Shown: positions 42,341 to 52,630, counted from the first letter of the stretch. The stretch is DNA of 64,000 bases from Tagaea sp. (GCA_965279525.1 CBDIIB010000004.1:928001-992000), one strand, 5' to 3'. Notes: generated from the letters alone by a model not told the origin. Program-made: numbers and translations.

Positions 42341-43516
42341 ATGAAGATCGCTCAAATCGAAGTCGTTCCGCTCGAGGCCACCTTCGCCCGCCAGTTCGGG
42401 GGAATCGACAAGGTTCCGCCGCAACTCCTTCGTCCCGCAGCACATTTCCAGAAAATCGTGCGCGCCGGCCAGTATGCCACGCTTGCTTTCATCCGCGCCG
42501 AGGACGGGACGACCGGTGTGGGCGAGGCGTTCGGCCTGCCCCATCCGGCGCCGACGGCGCTGCTGATCGAGCGTGTCATAGCACCCGGGTTGATCGGCCT
42601 GCCGATCGGCGATCCGACCGAGATGCTTGCCGAATACACCGAGTATTTCGCCGCGATGGGCCATGGCCGCGGCATGCCGGCCGAAGCGATGAGCGCCATC
42701 GACATGGCGCTCTGGGACCTCAAGGCGAAGCTCGCCGGCAAGCCGCTGTGCGAACTGCTCGGCGGTTCGCCGGGGCCAGTACCCCTCTACGCCAGCCCCG
42801 TCCCCTTCCTGCCGACGCTCGAAGCCTCCGCGACGGCCGCCAAGGCGCTGGTGGCGCAAGGCTACAACGCGATCAAGCTGAAGGTCGGCCGCGGTGCCGG
42901 CATCGATCTCGACCATATCGGCGCCGTGCGCGCGGCCATCGGCCCCGCGATCGGACTGATGCTCGACGTGAATTGCGGATACGACGAACCCACGGCGATC
43001 GAGGTCGGCAGGCAGCTGTCGCGCCACGCGGTCACGTGGTTCGAGGAGCCGATCCCGCCCGGCGATCCGGCGGCACTGGCACGGGTACGCGCGAAATCCA
43101 CCGCACCGATCGCAGCCGGCGAAAACGAATTCGCCATGCACGATTTCCAGGCGCTGGCTGAAGCCGGTGCGGTCGACGTGCTGATGCCGAACATCGCGCG
43201 CGCCGGCGGCGTCAGCGGGCTGATGGCGCTGGGCCGCCTGTGCGCCAGGCACGGCATCAAGCTCGGCCCGCATGGCGTGGGCACCTGTGTCGCGGTCGCG
43301 GCGGCGCTGCATGTCTGCCGAGCGACCGAGGGTTTCGGCATCTACGAAGCCAACCGCCTGCTCAACCCGCTGCGTGACGACATGCCCCGGCAGAAGCTCG
43401 TCCTCGCCGACGGCGCCTTCCTGACGCCCGGCGGACCCGGCCATGGCGGCGATCCGCGGCCCGACGTGATGAACAGCTACCGCCTTGCGATTTCCGTCGC
43501 GTCGAGCGCTGCCTGA
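42341..43516 (+). CDS. Mandelate racemase/muconate lactonizing enzyme family (enolase superfamily), probable acid-sugar dehydratase or isomerase
   Basis: DMALWDLKAK, KLKVG, LDVN, FEEP, GEN, PH. Confidence 0.88.
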   Translation: MKIAQIEVVPLEATFARQFGGIDKVPPQLLRPAAHFQKIVRAGQYATLAFIRAEDGTTGVGEAFGLPHPAPTALLIERVIAPGLIGLPIGDPTEMLAEYTEYFAAMGHGRGMPAEAMSAIDMALWDLKAKLAGKPLCELLGGSPGPVPLYASPVPFLPTLEASATAAKALVAQGYNAIKLKVGRGAGIDLDHIGAVRAAIGPAIGLMLDVNCGYDEPTAIEVGRQLSRHAVTWFEEPIPPGDPAALARVRAKSTAPIAAGENEFAMHDFQALAEAGAVDVLMPNIARAGGVSGLMALGRLCARHGIKLGPHGVGTCVAVAAALHVCRATEGFGIYEANRLLNPLRDDMPRQKLVLADGAFLTPGGPGHGGDPRPDVMNSYRLAISVASSAA

Positions 43517-43518
43517 CG

Positions 43519-44259
43519 ATGGATGTCGCGGCAATCAAGACGACCGGGGAACTTGGCGAACTTGTCGGCCATCCCGGCGAAACGCTGACCGCGACGCTGA
43601 AACGCACGATCCTCGAAATGATCCTCTTTGGATATTTCGCCGACGAGACCCGCCTCTACCCCCACGAACTCGCCGAACGCTTCGGCGTGAGCCAGACGCC
43701 GGTGCGCGAAGCGCTCATGCAGCTCGCCAGCGAAGGGCTGGTCGAGGCGACGCCTCGGCGCGGCTATCGCATCCGCACGCCGACCGCCGAACAGGTCACC
43801 GACCTGTGGCAGGTCCGCAGCGGCCTGGAAATTACCGCGGCCGAGCGCGTGATCGCGCGGCTTGCCACCGGCGCGCTATCCGATGCCGACCTCGCGCCGC
43901 TCGAAGCGCTGCAACAGCGGCGCGACAGGCTCGGCAAGCGCATGACGACGAAGGAACACATCGAGACGAACTCGGCGTTCCACCGCACGATCGTCGAGCT
44001 CAGCGGCAACCGCCTGCTGAACTCGGTGTTCGGCTCGATCCAGCAGCAGCTGATCGCCGCCTGGGTCCAGCGCGGGATCGACTCCTGGCGCGAACGGCTG
44101 GCGGACGATGGCGTGGAACATCACGGCATCATCGACGCGTTCAAGGCGCGCGACGTCGAGAAATGCCGCGCGGTGATGGCCAAGCATGTCGGCCGCTCGC
44201 TGAACGGCGCGCTCGCCGATCTCGAATTCAAGCGCGCGGCCACGGCCGCGAAGATCTGA
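43519..44259 (+). CDS. GntR family regulator (FCD domain)
   Basis: LAERFGVSQTPVREAL; NSAFH..SGN. Confidence 0.9.
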   Translation: MDVAAIKTTGELGELVGHPGETLTATLKRTILEMILFGYFADETRLYPHELAERFGVSQTPVREALMQLASEGLVEATPRRGYRIRTPTAEQVTDLWQVRSGLEITAAERVIARLATGALSDADLAPLEALQQRRDRLGKRMTTKEHIETNSAFHRTIVELSGNRLLNSVFGSIQQQLIAAWVQRGIDSWRERLADDGVEHHGIIDAFKARDVEKCRAVMAKHVGRSLNGALADLEFKRAATAAKI

Positions 44260-44296
44260 ACCGAAGGACCGGAAAATCCGGCAGAGGGAGGAAGAC

Positions 44297-45601
44297 ATGA
44301 AATTCTCGAAGACGCTCAAGGGTGCCCTGTTCGGACTGGCGGCATTTGCTGCCGGCCTCGGCGCGACGGCGGCCGAAGCGCAGACGATCCGGATGTGGAC
44401 GTTTCTCAACCCGGCCGGCAACGCCCCGCGCGAAAAGGCTCTCGCCGAAATCATCTCCAAGTTCGAGAGCGCCAATCCCGGCGTCAAGATATCGGTCGAG
44501 CCGCAGGTCTGGGACCAGATGACGCCAAAGTTCCTCGCGGCCCATCGTGCCGGAAACGCGCCCGATATCGTCTGGGTCGTGACCGATCTGCTCGGCGACG
44601 CGCTCAAGACCGGATCGCTTGCAGATCTCGGCGAGCTGTTCGTCAACAAGTGGCCTGCGGCCGCACGCGACGAGCGCAAGGATGGCTACTGGTCGCGCTG
44701 CGCGCAGGGCAACAAGGTCCACTGCCTTTTCCACTCGCGCAACTACTACGGCGTGATCTACCGGACCGACTTCCTCAAGGAAGCCGGCGTGGATCCGGCG
44801 AAGCTGACGACCTGGCCCGCTTTCATCGAGGCGGCCAAGAAGCTGACGGTCAAGGACGCATCGGGCAACGTCGTGCGCTGGGGCTTCGGCCAGCAGTTCA
44901 GCGAGGACCGCGCGGACTCGCAGATGATGACGTCGCTGATGCTGTCGCGCCAGGGCGACCTGTTCGACGCGAAGGGCGTGGCGAAGTGGGCCAACGCGAC
45001 GGGTGCCGAAGCACTCAAGCTCCAGACCGATATGGTCACGGTGCATGGCGTGACGCCGCGCCAGGCGGTGACGTGGAGTGCCGAAGACCTCTACGAGCAG
45101 TTCGCCGCGGGGCGCATCGCGATGTTCACCGGAGCTGTCGTGCGCATCTCGACCATGCAGGCCAAGGTCGGAAACGACAACGTGGGCTTCATGATCTGGC
45201 CGGGAATCGACGGCAAGCCGCACTCGCCTGCCGTGATGGCCGGCTGGGCGGTCGGCGTATGGTCGGGCGGCAAGAACAAGGCAATGGCCGGAAAGTTCCT
45301 CGAGCACATGTCGACCGGCGAGTCCGACCGGCTCTGGGTCGAGGTGGGGGGCCAGCTCCCGGGTGCGCCTTCGACGCTCACGAGCATGAAGGACTTTACC
45401 GCCAAGCCCGCCAATGCCTACCTGACGACGTCGGCACTGGGCGTGGCCAAGTACGGCTGGATCCCCTCGGTCGAGTACGGCGTCGGCGGCTATCGCCAGG
45501 CGCTGAACAAGGCGGCCCAAGACGTCATCGTCGGGAACGTCGATCCGATGGCGGCCCTCGTGGCGGCCGAACGGCGCTTCAACCAGCAGAACAACCGATA
45601 G
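44297..45601 (+). CDS. Sugar ABC substrate-binding protein
   Basis: Sec signal ..AEA, NPGVKI, APDI, YRTDFLKEAG, FAAGRIAM. Confidence 0.88.
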   Translation: MKFSKTLKGALFGLAAFAAGLGATAAEAQTIRMWTFLNPAGNAPREKALAEIISKFESANPGVKISVEPQVWDQMTPKFLAAHRAGNAPDIVWVVTDLLGDALKTGSLADLGELFVNKWPAAARDERKDGYWSRCAQGNKVHCLFHSRNYYGVIYRTDFLKEAGVDPAKLTTWPAFIEAAKKLTVKDASGNVVRWGFGQQFSEDRADSQMMTSLMLSRQGDLFDAKGVAKWANATGAEALKLQTDMVTVHGVTPRQAVTWSAEDLYEQFAAGRIAMFTGAVVRISTMQAKVGNDNVGFMIWPGIDGKPHSPAVMAGWAVGVWSGGKNKAMAGKFLEHMSTGESDRLWVEVGGQLPGAPSTLTSMKDFTAKPANAYLTTSALGVAKYGWIPSVEYGVGGYRQALNKAAQDVIVGNVDPMAALVAAERRFNQQNNR

Positions 45602-45641
45602 AATCCGAAGGCGTGCGCGCGAACCGCATCCGATAGACCCC

Positions 45642-46499
45642 ATGCGGGACACGCGCACGCCCTTCGTCCTGTTCGCCCCGGCATTCGCGCTGCTGGGGTT
45701 CGTGCTGCTGTCGCCGGTCGTCTACGCGGGCTGGTTCAGCCTGCAGCGCATCGAGTACGGTGCGCCGACCGGCTTTGCCGGTCTCTACAATTTCCGCCGC
45801 CTGTTCGACAGCGACTCGCTCGGCGAGACGTTCGGCCGCACCGCACTGCATACCGGCCTGTCGGTCGCGTTCACGATCATCATCGCGTTGGCGCTCGCCG
45901 TGTGGATCGACAGGCTGCGGCCGCGGTTCGGCTTCATCGTGCAGACGATCGTCATCGTGCCGTGGATCATCTCGACGGTCGTCGCCACACTTCTGTTCCG
46001 CTGGGTGTTCGTCAACGACATCGGCATCGCCGCCTACCTCATCGGGACCATGACCGGTGGCGTCAGCGGCATGCTCGCCGAGCCCGGCGGCGCGATGGGT
46101 CTGCTCGTGGTCGTGTCGGTGTGGAAGCGCATCGGCTACGCGGTCATCGTCCTGCTTGCCGGTCTCAAGAGCATTCCCGACGAACTGGAAGAGGCTGCGC
46201 GCATCGATGGTGCAGGCGGCTGGCAGATCTTCCGGCGCATCACGCTGCCGCTGCTCAAGACGCCGCTGCTGCTGACCGCCGTCGTGCTGACGCTGTCCAA
46301 CATCAATACGGTCGAAACGCCGCTGATCCTGACCGGCGGCGGCCCGCGCGACGCGACCCGCGTGCTGGCGATCGACGTCTACGAGCGCGCCTTCGCGATC
46401 TTCGATCTGGGTTCGGCGACCGCCCTCGCCCTCGTCATGTTCGCGGGCAACATCCTGCTGGTCCTCGCTTACGTGAAGCTGTCGCGGTGGCGCGCATGA
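45642..46499 (+). CDS. Sugar ABC permease
   Basis: LEEAARIDGA; TGGGP. Confidence 0.9.
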   Translation: MRDTRTPFVLFAPAFALLGFVLLSPVVYAGWFSLQRIEYGAPTGFAGLYNFRRLFDSDSLGETFGRTALHTGLSVAFTIIIALALAVWIDRLRPRFGFIVQTIVIVPWIISTVVATLLFRWVFVNDIGIAAYLIGTMTGGVSGMLAEPGGAMGLLVVVSVWKRIGYAVIVLLAGLKSIPDELEEAARIDGAGGWQIFRRITLPLLKTPLLLTAVVLTLSNINTVETPLILTGGGPRDATRVLAIDVYERAFAIFDLGSATALALVMFAGNILLVLAYVKLSRWRA

Positions 46500-47350
46500 C
46501 CGCACCCGCTTCCCGGCGCCATGTCGGGCGCATCGCGCGCACGGCGATCACGGGCCTCCTCTGCCTGCTGGTGCTTGCCAACCTGCTGCCGCTGGTCTGG
46601 GGGATCCTGACGTCGTTCAAGCCGGACGCCGACCTGTTCCGCTTCCCGCCGACGTTCCTGGATTTCACGCCGACGCTGGAGCACTACGAGCGCGTCGTCG
46701 CCAGCGGCTTCCTCCATAGCATCGGAGCGAGCGTCTTCTACGCCGCCGTCTCGGTGAGTGCGACGCTCGCCCTCGCCCTGCCGGCCGCCTACGCCTTCGA
46801 CCGGTTCGAGTTCCCGTTCCGCCAGACGCTGTTCATGCTGGTCGTCGCCAGCATCCCGCTTTCGCTGGGCGCGGCGGCACTCCTCATTCCCAACTATGTC
46901 TATTTCGTCCAGATCGGCCTGACGAACACGTGGTTCGTGCTGCCGCTGATCTACACGGCTCACCAGCTACCGATGGCCATCTGGATCGTCAAGGGCGTGA
47001 TCGAGGGCATCCCGCGCGAACTCGACGAGGCGGCGATCGTCGACGGTGGCACGCATGTCGACATCCTGCGCTTCGTGATGCTGCCGCTGGCGCGCCCGGC
47101 GCTGGGGGCGGCCGGCGTGCTCGCCTTCGTCGGCTCGTGGAACGAGTTCGTCGCCGGCTCGGTCATGGTAGACGCCCCCGAACTCAAGCCCGTGCAGCCG
47201 ATGATCTACAGCTTCATCGGCTTTTTCGGCCGCGAGTGGGGACCGCTGACGGCGTCGGCCACCCTTGCCATCGTGCCGATCCTCATCGCCTTCGCGCTCC
47301 TCGGCCGGCACATCGTCTCGGGCCTGACGAAGGGCGCGGTCAAGGGATAG
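46496..47350 (+). CDS. Sugar ABC permease
   Basis: LDEAAIVDG, WNEF, GLTKGAVKG; ATGA overlap. Confidence 0.9.
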   Translation: MTAPASRRHVGRIARTAITGLLCLLVLANLLPLVWGILTSFKPDADLFRFPPTFLDFTPTLEHYERVVASGFLHSIGASVFYAAVSVSATLALALPAAYAFDRFEFPFRQTLFMLVVASIPLSLGAAALLIPNYVYFVQIGLTNTWFVLPLIYTAHQLPMAIWIVKGVIEGIPRELDEAAIVDGGTHVDILRFVMLPLARPALGAAGVLAFVGSWNEFVAGSVMVDAPELKPVQPMIYSFIGFFGREWGPLTASATLAIVPILIAFALLGRHIVSGLTKGAVKG

Positions 47351-47354
47351 CGCG

Positions 47355-49058
47355 ATGGACGGAATCGAAGCGGCAGACTGGGACATCGTCGTCGTCGGCG
47401 GCGGCAGTGCGGGATGCGTGCTGGCGAACCGGCTGTCGCGGGATCCGGCACGCCGGGTCCTGCTTGTCGAAGCGGGCCGCGACGTGCCACCCGGCGAGGA
47501 AGGATCGGCGATCCGGGACATGTATCCGGGTCGTGCCGCGTTCGATCCGGCCAATCACTGGGAAGATGTCGCGGCACACTTCGTGCCCGTCGGCCACAAC
47601 GCGCCCGACCGTCCCGCACCGCGGCACTACGAGCAGGCCAAGCTGATCGGCGGCGGCTCGTCGATCAACGGGCAGGTCGCCAATCGCGGCACGCCCGAGG
47701 ACTACGACGAATGGGCCGGTCTGGGTGCTGCCGGCTGGGACTGGCAAAGCGTGCTGCCCTTTTTCCGAAAGCTCGAGCGCGATCTGGATTTTTCGGGCCC
47801 GCTGCACGGCGCCGACGGCCCGATCCCGATCCACCGGATTCCGCCGGAAAAATGGCCACTCTATTCGACCGCTGCGGCGAAGGCGCTTGGGGCCCTCGGC
47901 TACGCCGACATCCGCGACCAGAACGGCAGCTTCGGCGACGGCTATTTCGCGCAGTCGCTTTCCAACGACGGGACACACCGCGTTTCTGCCGCGATGGCCT
48001 ATCTGGACCGAGAGACGCGCAAGAGGCCCAATCTTGCGATCCTCGCCGAGACCCATGTCGCCGGCCTTGTCGTCGAGGGCAGGCGCATCTGCGGCATCGA
48101 GGCGATCCGCCACGGCCGGCGGTTCACGATCAAGGCACGCGAGACGATCCTGTCGGCAGGTGCCATCCACTCGCCGGCCATCCTGATGCGGGCGGGCATC
48201 GGGCCCGGCGATGCGTCGATGCGCCTGGGAATCCCGGTCGTCGCCGACCTGCCCGGGATCGGGCGGAACCTGCAGGAGCATCCGGGCATCTCGGTCTCGG
48301 CGTTCCTGAAGCCGGAGGCTCGTCTGCGCGCGACGCGCCGTCACATCCACGTCTCGCTCCGCTACAGCTCGAACCATCCCGATTGCCCGCGCTCGGACAT
48401 GTACTTGATGGTCGTCGCCAAGTCGGCCTGGCACCCGCTGGGCCCGCGGATCGGCTCGCTCGTGTCGTGGTTAAACAAGATCCACTCCCGGGGGACGGTG
48501 ACGCTCCGGTCCTCCGATCCGACCGTCGGCCCCCTCGCCCAGTTCAATTTCCTTGCCGATCCACGCGATGCCGCACGCCTCATCGATAGCGTGCGGTTCA
48601 TGGCACGGATCATGGGCCAGGCGCCGCTTGCCGGTTTGGTCGAGCATCCGTCGCCGTCGAGCTATTCCGGCTTCGCGCGAGCTCTGGGACGGCAGAACTT
48701 GCGCAATCTTCTGCTGACGGCGCCGACGGCAGTCGCACTCGACCACATACCTGCCTTCCGGAAATTCCTGTTTGACCGGTTCGTGTCCGGCGGCACGAAT
48801 CTCGCCGACCTGGTCCGCGACGCCGACGCGCTGGAAACCTATGTGCGCGCTCGCGCCTTCGGACAGTGGCACGCCTGCGGCACGTGCCGGATGGGGCCGG
48901 CGACTGATCGCGATTGCGTCATCGATCCGCACAGCGCACGCGTGCACGGAATTTCGGGCCTGCGGGTCGTCGATGCGTCGGTCATGCCGGCCGCACCGCG
49001 AGCGAACCTCAACATTCCGGTCCTGATGATCGCCGAGAAGTTCTCGGCGGCGATCTAG
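47355..49058 (+). CDS. GMC oxidoreductase (HMF-oxidase/choline dehydrogenase-like)
   Basis: GGGSAG..RLS, GGGSSING, NLQEH, WHACGTCRMG, RVVDASVMP..ANLN. Confidence 0.9.
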   Translation: MDGIEAADWDIVVVGGGSAGCVLANRLSRDPARRVLLVEAGRDVPPGEEGSAIRDMYPGRAAFDPANHWEDVAAHFVPVGHNAPDRPAPRHYEQAKLIGGGSSINGQVANRGTPEDYDEWAGLGAAGWDWQSVLPFFRKLERDLDFSGPLHGADGPIPIHRIPPEKWPLYSTAAAKALGALGYADIRDQNGSFGDGYFAQSLSNDGTHRVSAAMAYLDRETRKRPNLAILAETHVAGLVVEGRRICGIEAIRHGRRFTIKARETILSAGAIHSPAILMRAGIGPGDASMRLGIPVVADLPGIGRNLQEHPGISVSAFLKPEARLRATRRHIHVSLRYSSNHPDCPRSDMYLMVVAKSAWHPLGPRIGSLVSWLNKIHSRGTVTLRSSDPTVGPLAQFNFLADPRDAARLIDSVRFMARIMGQAPLAGLVEHPSPSSYSGFARALGRQNLRNLLLTAPTAVALDHIPAFRKFLFDRFVSGGTNLADLVRDADALETYVRARAFGQWHACGTCRMGPATDRDCVIDPHSARVHGISGLRVVDASVMPAAPRANLNIPVLMIAEKFSAAI

Positions 49059-49060
49059 GA

Positions 49061-49522
49061 TCAGGTCGTGTCGAAGTGCGAAACGTTGACGATGATCTTC
49101 ACGTCCGGACCGCCGTTGGTGAACGGAAGCAGGATCCTGGCGTAGCCGCGATAGTCGCGATGCATCCAGAACAGGCTGCGCTCGACATAATGGGGCGAGC
49201 CAGTCCGCACGACGCCATCATACTCGGGTTGGATCGTGGCGTTGTGGACACCGTGAAACGCCGACATGTCGATGCCGGTCATCTCGCGCCCGTGAACCTC
49301 GACCATCTTCGTTCCAGCCAGGCGACAGCGATATCCCGCCGGCAGGACATCCCACATCACCACATGGGGCATGATGTCGGGAAGGTCGATCGGGTCGAAG
49401 TCAGCGCGATCCGGGACGCGCCGCCCGCCCTTCTTCGCTTGCCAGTACGCCAACGCGCGCAGGATGCGATCGCTTTTGATCCTGGATGCATCGAATGGCG
49501 GCGAGCTTGCGTCCTGGAGCAT
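49061..49522 (-). CDS. Stand-alone PAS-like domain protein (PAS_5 type)
   Basis: YW..VPDRADFDP, RLAGT, YARILLP signature. Confidence 0.72.
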   Translation of the reverse strand: MLQDASSPPFDASRIKSDRILRALAYWQAKKGGRRVPDRADFDPIDLPDIMPHVVMWDVLPAGYRCRLAGTKMVEVHGREMTGIDMSAFHGVHNATIQPEYDGVVRTGSPHYVERSLFWMHRDYRGYARILLPFTNGGPDVKIIVNVSHFDTT

Positions 49523-49683
49523 CCTTCTATCCCTACACCGAAAGCGGAACCCGGCGCGGCTCGGCGACGATATTCGGCTTTCGGTACGCTGATCCGGGAG
49601 GCCGATCAAGATAGCCTAGCACTTGATTTGGGGAGCTTGTCCCCCGCTGTCGCAAATCGTACGTCAATACCTCGACGGCGCGA

Positions 49684-50535
49684 TCACGGCTTTGCGTCAG
49701 CACTCTCATAAAGCGGACCGCGCTGGGCCCCGGCATACCGCAGCTTCGCCTGCCAGCCGAGCATATGCGAATGGAACGATACGGCGTCGGCGTCGAAGTC
49801 CGACACGGGAACCGGCTCGGGTTCAAAATGCCGATAGACATCTGTACCGCGAACCAGCGTGGCGCTGTCCTGCGCGCCTGACATCTGGCGCACCCGGGTC
49901 GGGATATAGCGGACAGTGAAGCCGATCCGCGGTTGCGTACCCATGTTCGCCTTCGATCCATGGATGATGCGCACGTGGTGCAGCGACATCTCACCCGGCT
50001 CCAGGACGACGTCGAGCGCATCGCGCTCGTCGACCTCGACGGCGACTTCCTGTCCCCGGCTCAGCATGTTGCCGTCGGCGAAGGTGTCGGCATGAGGAAG
50101 TTGGTCGCGCAGATGGCTGCCGGGGACCACGCGCATGCAGCCGTTCGCCGGGTTCGACGGCGTGAAAGCGATCCACGCGCTGACCACGTCGGGCGAGGAC
50201 AGGCCCCAGTAAGTCGAATCCTGGTGCCAGGAGACAAAGCCGCCATCGCCCGGTTTCTTGGCGAAGAACCCGGACTGCCATACCAGGATGTCCGGTCCGA
50301 TCAGCGCCTCGACGGAATCGAGGATCGCGGGTTCGCGCATCAGATCGTTCAGCCAGCGCATCAGCAGGTGCGGCTTCTCGTTGTGGCGCTTGAGCAGGCT
50401 ACCGCCGTCGCGCCGCTCGGCAGCCGCGAACCGCTCGGCATACGCAGCCATCGCCTCGGCGGGAAAGCAGCGCAACGGGAAGACGATGCCGTCGCGCTCG
50501 AACCGGGCGACCTGCTCCTGGGACAATGCGGCCAT
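49684..50535 (-). CDS. PhyH family Fe(II)/2OG dioxygenase
   Basis: SWHQDSTYW, GCMRVVPGSH, IHGSKAN..RIG. Confidence 0.9.
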   Translation of the reverse strand: MAALSQEQVARFERDGIVFPLRCFPAEAMAAYAERFAAAERRDGGSLLKRHNEKPHLLMRWLNDLMREPAILDSVEALIGPDILVWQSGFFAKKPGDGGFVSWHQDSTYWGLSSPDVVSAWIAFTPSNPANGCMRVVPGSHLRDQLPHADTFADGNMLSRGQEVAVEVDERDALDVVLEPGEMSLHHVRIIHGSKANMGTQPRIGFTVRYIPTRVRQMSGAQDSATLVRGTDVYRHFEPEPVPVSDFDADAVSFHSHMLGWQAKLRYAGAQRGPLYESADAKP

Positions 50536-50566
50536 TGACGTTCCTCCCGTGACCAGGTGCAGCGGT

Positions 50567-52066
50567 TCAGGTCGACGACATGTACTTCCGCGTGCCGATG
50601 AAACGCGGCCACATCAGCATCATCAGAAGCCCCGCCGCGACGATCAGCAGGCCGAGCGCGATCGGGCGCTCGACGAAGATGAGATAGTCGCCACCCGACT
50701 GGATCAGCGCCTTGCGAAGGTTCGTTTCCATCAGCTTGCCGAGAACGAAGCCGAGCAGCAGCGGGGCCGGCTCGAAGCCGAAGCGATAGAGGACCACGCC
50801 CACGATGCCGAAAAAGATCGTGAAATAGACGTCCAGCACGCTGTTGTTGACCGTGTAGACGCCGATCACCGTGAACACGAGGATGCCGACATAGATCGCG
50901 CGATAAGGGATGCGCAGCAGCGAGATCCATATCTTGATCAGCGGCAGATTGATGATCAGCAGCATCACATTGCCGACGAACATGCTGACCAGCAGGCCCC
51001 AGAAGACCTTCGCGTTGAGTGTCAGGAGATGCGGACCCGGCTGGATGCCATGGATGGTGAGGGCCCCCATCATCATCGCCATCAAGGCGTTGGCCGGGAT
51101 GCCGAGCGTCAGCATCGGGATGAAGTTCGTCTGTGCGGCGGCGTTGTTGGCGCTTTCCGGACCGGCAACGCCCTCGATGGCGCCCTTGCCGAAGCGCGAG
51201 GGGTCGCGCGCGATCTTCTTCTCGGTGATGTACGACGCGAACGAAGCCAGGCCCGCACCGCCGCCCGGCAGGATGCCGAGCAGCGAGCCGACCGCGGTGC
51301 CGCGGATCGAGGCCGGTATCGAACGCCTGATGTCGTCGCGCGTCGGCATCCAGCTTCCGATATGCGACGGCGTTCCCAGCCTGCCGTCCGTCCGGCACAG
51401 TTCGCGGACCACGTCGGCCACGCCGAACAGGCCGACCGCAACGGGAACGAAGTCGAGGCCGTCGGCCAATGTCGTGATGCCGAACGTGAACCGCCAGACT
51501 GCCGTGTCGATGTCGATGCCGATCAGGCCGAACATGATGCCCACCGCCACCATCGCGATGGCCTTGAGCGCCGATCCCTGGGCCAGCACGACGGCGCCGA
51601 TCAGTCCCAGCAGCATAAGGGCGAAATACTCCGGCGCACCGAAACTGGCGCCAATATAGGCGAGCGGAATCGCAAGCATCGCCGTCAGCGCGATGCCGAC
51701 CGTGCCGGCGAAGAACGATCCGAGTGCGGCAACGACGAGGGCCGGGCCGGCCCGCCCCTGCTTCGCCATCGGGTGGCCGTCCAGGCAGGTGACGATCGAA
51801 GACGTTTCACCGGGGATGTTCAGCAGGATCGCGGTCGTCGAGCCGCCATACTGGGCGCCATAGTAGATTCCGGCGATCATGATCAGTCCATCCGCCGGAC
51901 TTAACTGGAAGGTGAGCGGAATCAGCATCGCAATCGTCGAAACCGGACCAACGCCGGGAAGGACCCCGACCAGGGTCCCGAGCAGACAGCCCAGAAAGCA
52001 GTACATCAGTCCGTTCGCGGTCAACGCGACCGATGCGCCCAAGGCGAGGTTTGCGAAAGTATCCAA
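50567..52066 (-). CDS. tctA: Tripartite tricarboxylate transporter large permease
   Basis: GVLPGVG, YGGSTTAILLNIPG, PESANNA, LTLGIP; TTG start. Confidence 0.92.
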   Translation of the reverse strand: MDTFANLALGASVALTANGLMYCFLGCLLGTLVGVLPGVGPVSTIAMLIPLTFQLSPADGLIMIAGIYYGAQYGGSTTAILLNIPGETSSIVTCLDGHPMAKQGRAGPALVVAALGSFFAGTVGIALTAMLAIPLAYIGASFGAPEYFALMLLGLIGAVVLAQGSALKAIAMVAVGIMFGLIGIDIDTAVWRFTFGITTLADGLDFVPVAVGLFGVADVVRELCRTDGRLGTPSHIGSWMPTRDDIRRSIPASIRGTAVGSLLGILPGGGAGLASFASYITEKKIARDPSRFGKGAIEGVAGPESANNAAAQTNFIPMLTLGIPANALMAMMMGALTIHGIQPGPHLLTLNAKVFWGLLVSMFVGNVMLLIINLPLIKIWISLLRIPYRAIYVGILVFTVIGVYTVNNSVLDVYFTIFFGIVGVVLYRFGFEPAPLLLGFVLGKLMETNLRKALIQSGGDYLIFVERPIALGLLIVAAGLLMMLMWPRFIGTRKYMSST

Positions 52067-52068
52067 CG

Positions 52069-52542
52069 TCAGAACTTTCCAACGAGCGGTACGGAAATCT
52101 GCACCAAATTCCACATGGCCAGCGTCATTCCTTCCATGACGATGACGATCGCCACGATCTCCCAGAATCGCCGCTTGGGTATCGCAAGACAGCAGATCAC
52201 GATCAGCAGCCCGATCGCCGGCAGCAACCCGATCGTCGACAGCGTCAATCCGAACACGATGAAAGCAGCCGAAACCGCGATCAGCGGCCGGAGCTTGAGG
52301 CGCTCCTCGGAGGACTCCGCCTGCTCGACGCGCAGCAGGCCGTTGCCGGCAAGAGCAAGCCCCAGAATGGCGACGACGTAGCACAGTCCGCGGGGAAAAT
52401 AACCGGGCCCCATGCTGTCTGCGGTGCCAACGGGATAATTGCGCGCAACGTAGTAAATGAATGCCGCAAACAGGATCAGCGCAATCCCGCTGAGAAAATC
52501 CTCGTTGCGCAGATACCTGCTTGTTGAATGCGGCGCGTTCAT
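52069..52542 (-). CDS. tctB: Tripartite tricarboxylate transporter small permease
   Basis: MGPGYFP motif; about 4 TM segments. Confidence 0.85.
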   Translation of the reverse strand: MNAPHSTSRYLRNEDFLSGIALILFAAFIYYVARNYPVGTADSMGPGYFPRGLCYVVAILGLALAGNGLLRVEQAESSEERLKLRPLIAVSAAFIVFGLTLSTIGLLPAIGLLIVICCLAIPKRRFWEIVAIVIVMEGMTLAMWNLVQISVPLVGKF

Positions 52543-52577
52543 ATCTGCAACCCGGATGCTCGTCGATCGGCTTCGGG

Positions 52578-52608
52578 AAAACGGGCCGCCCCCGAAGGGA
52601 GCGGCCCG
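52578..52608 (-). terminator. Terminator-like hairpin between tctC and tctB
   Basis: Minus strand CGGGCCGC-T-CCC-TTCG-GGG-GCGGCCCG-TTTT (C(UUCG)G loop). Confidence 0.65.
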
Positions 52609-52630
52609 CGGTACCCGAAGCGTACCCGCT

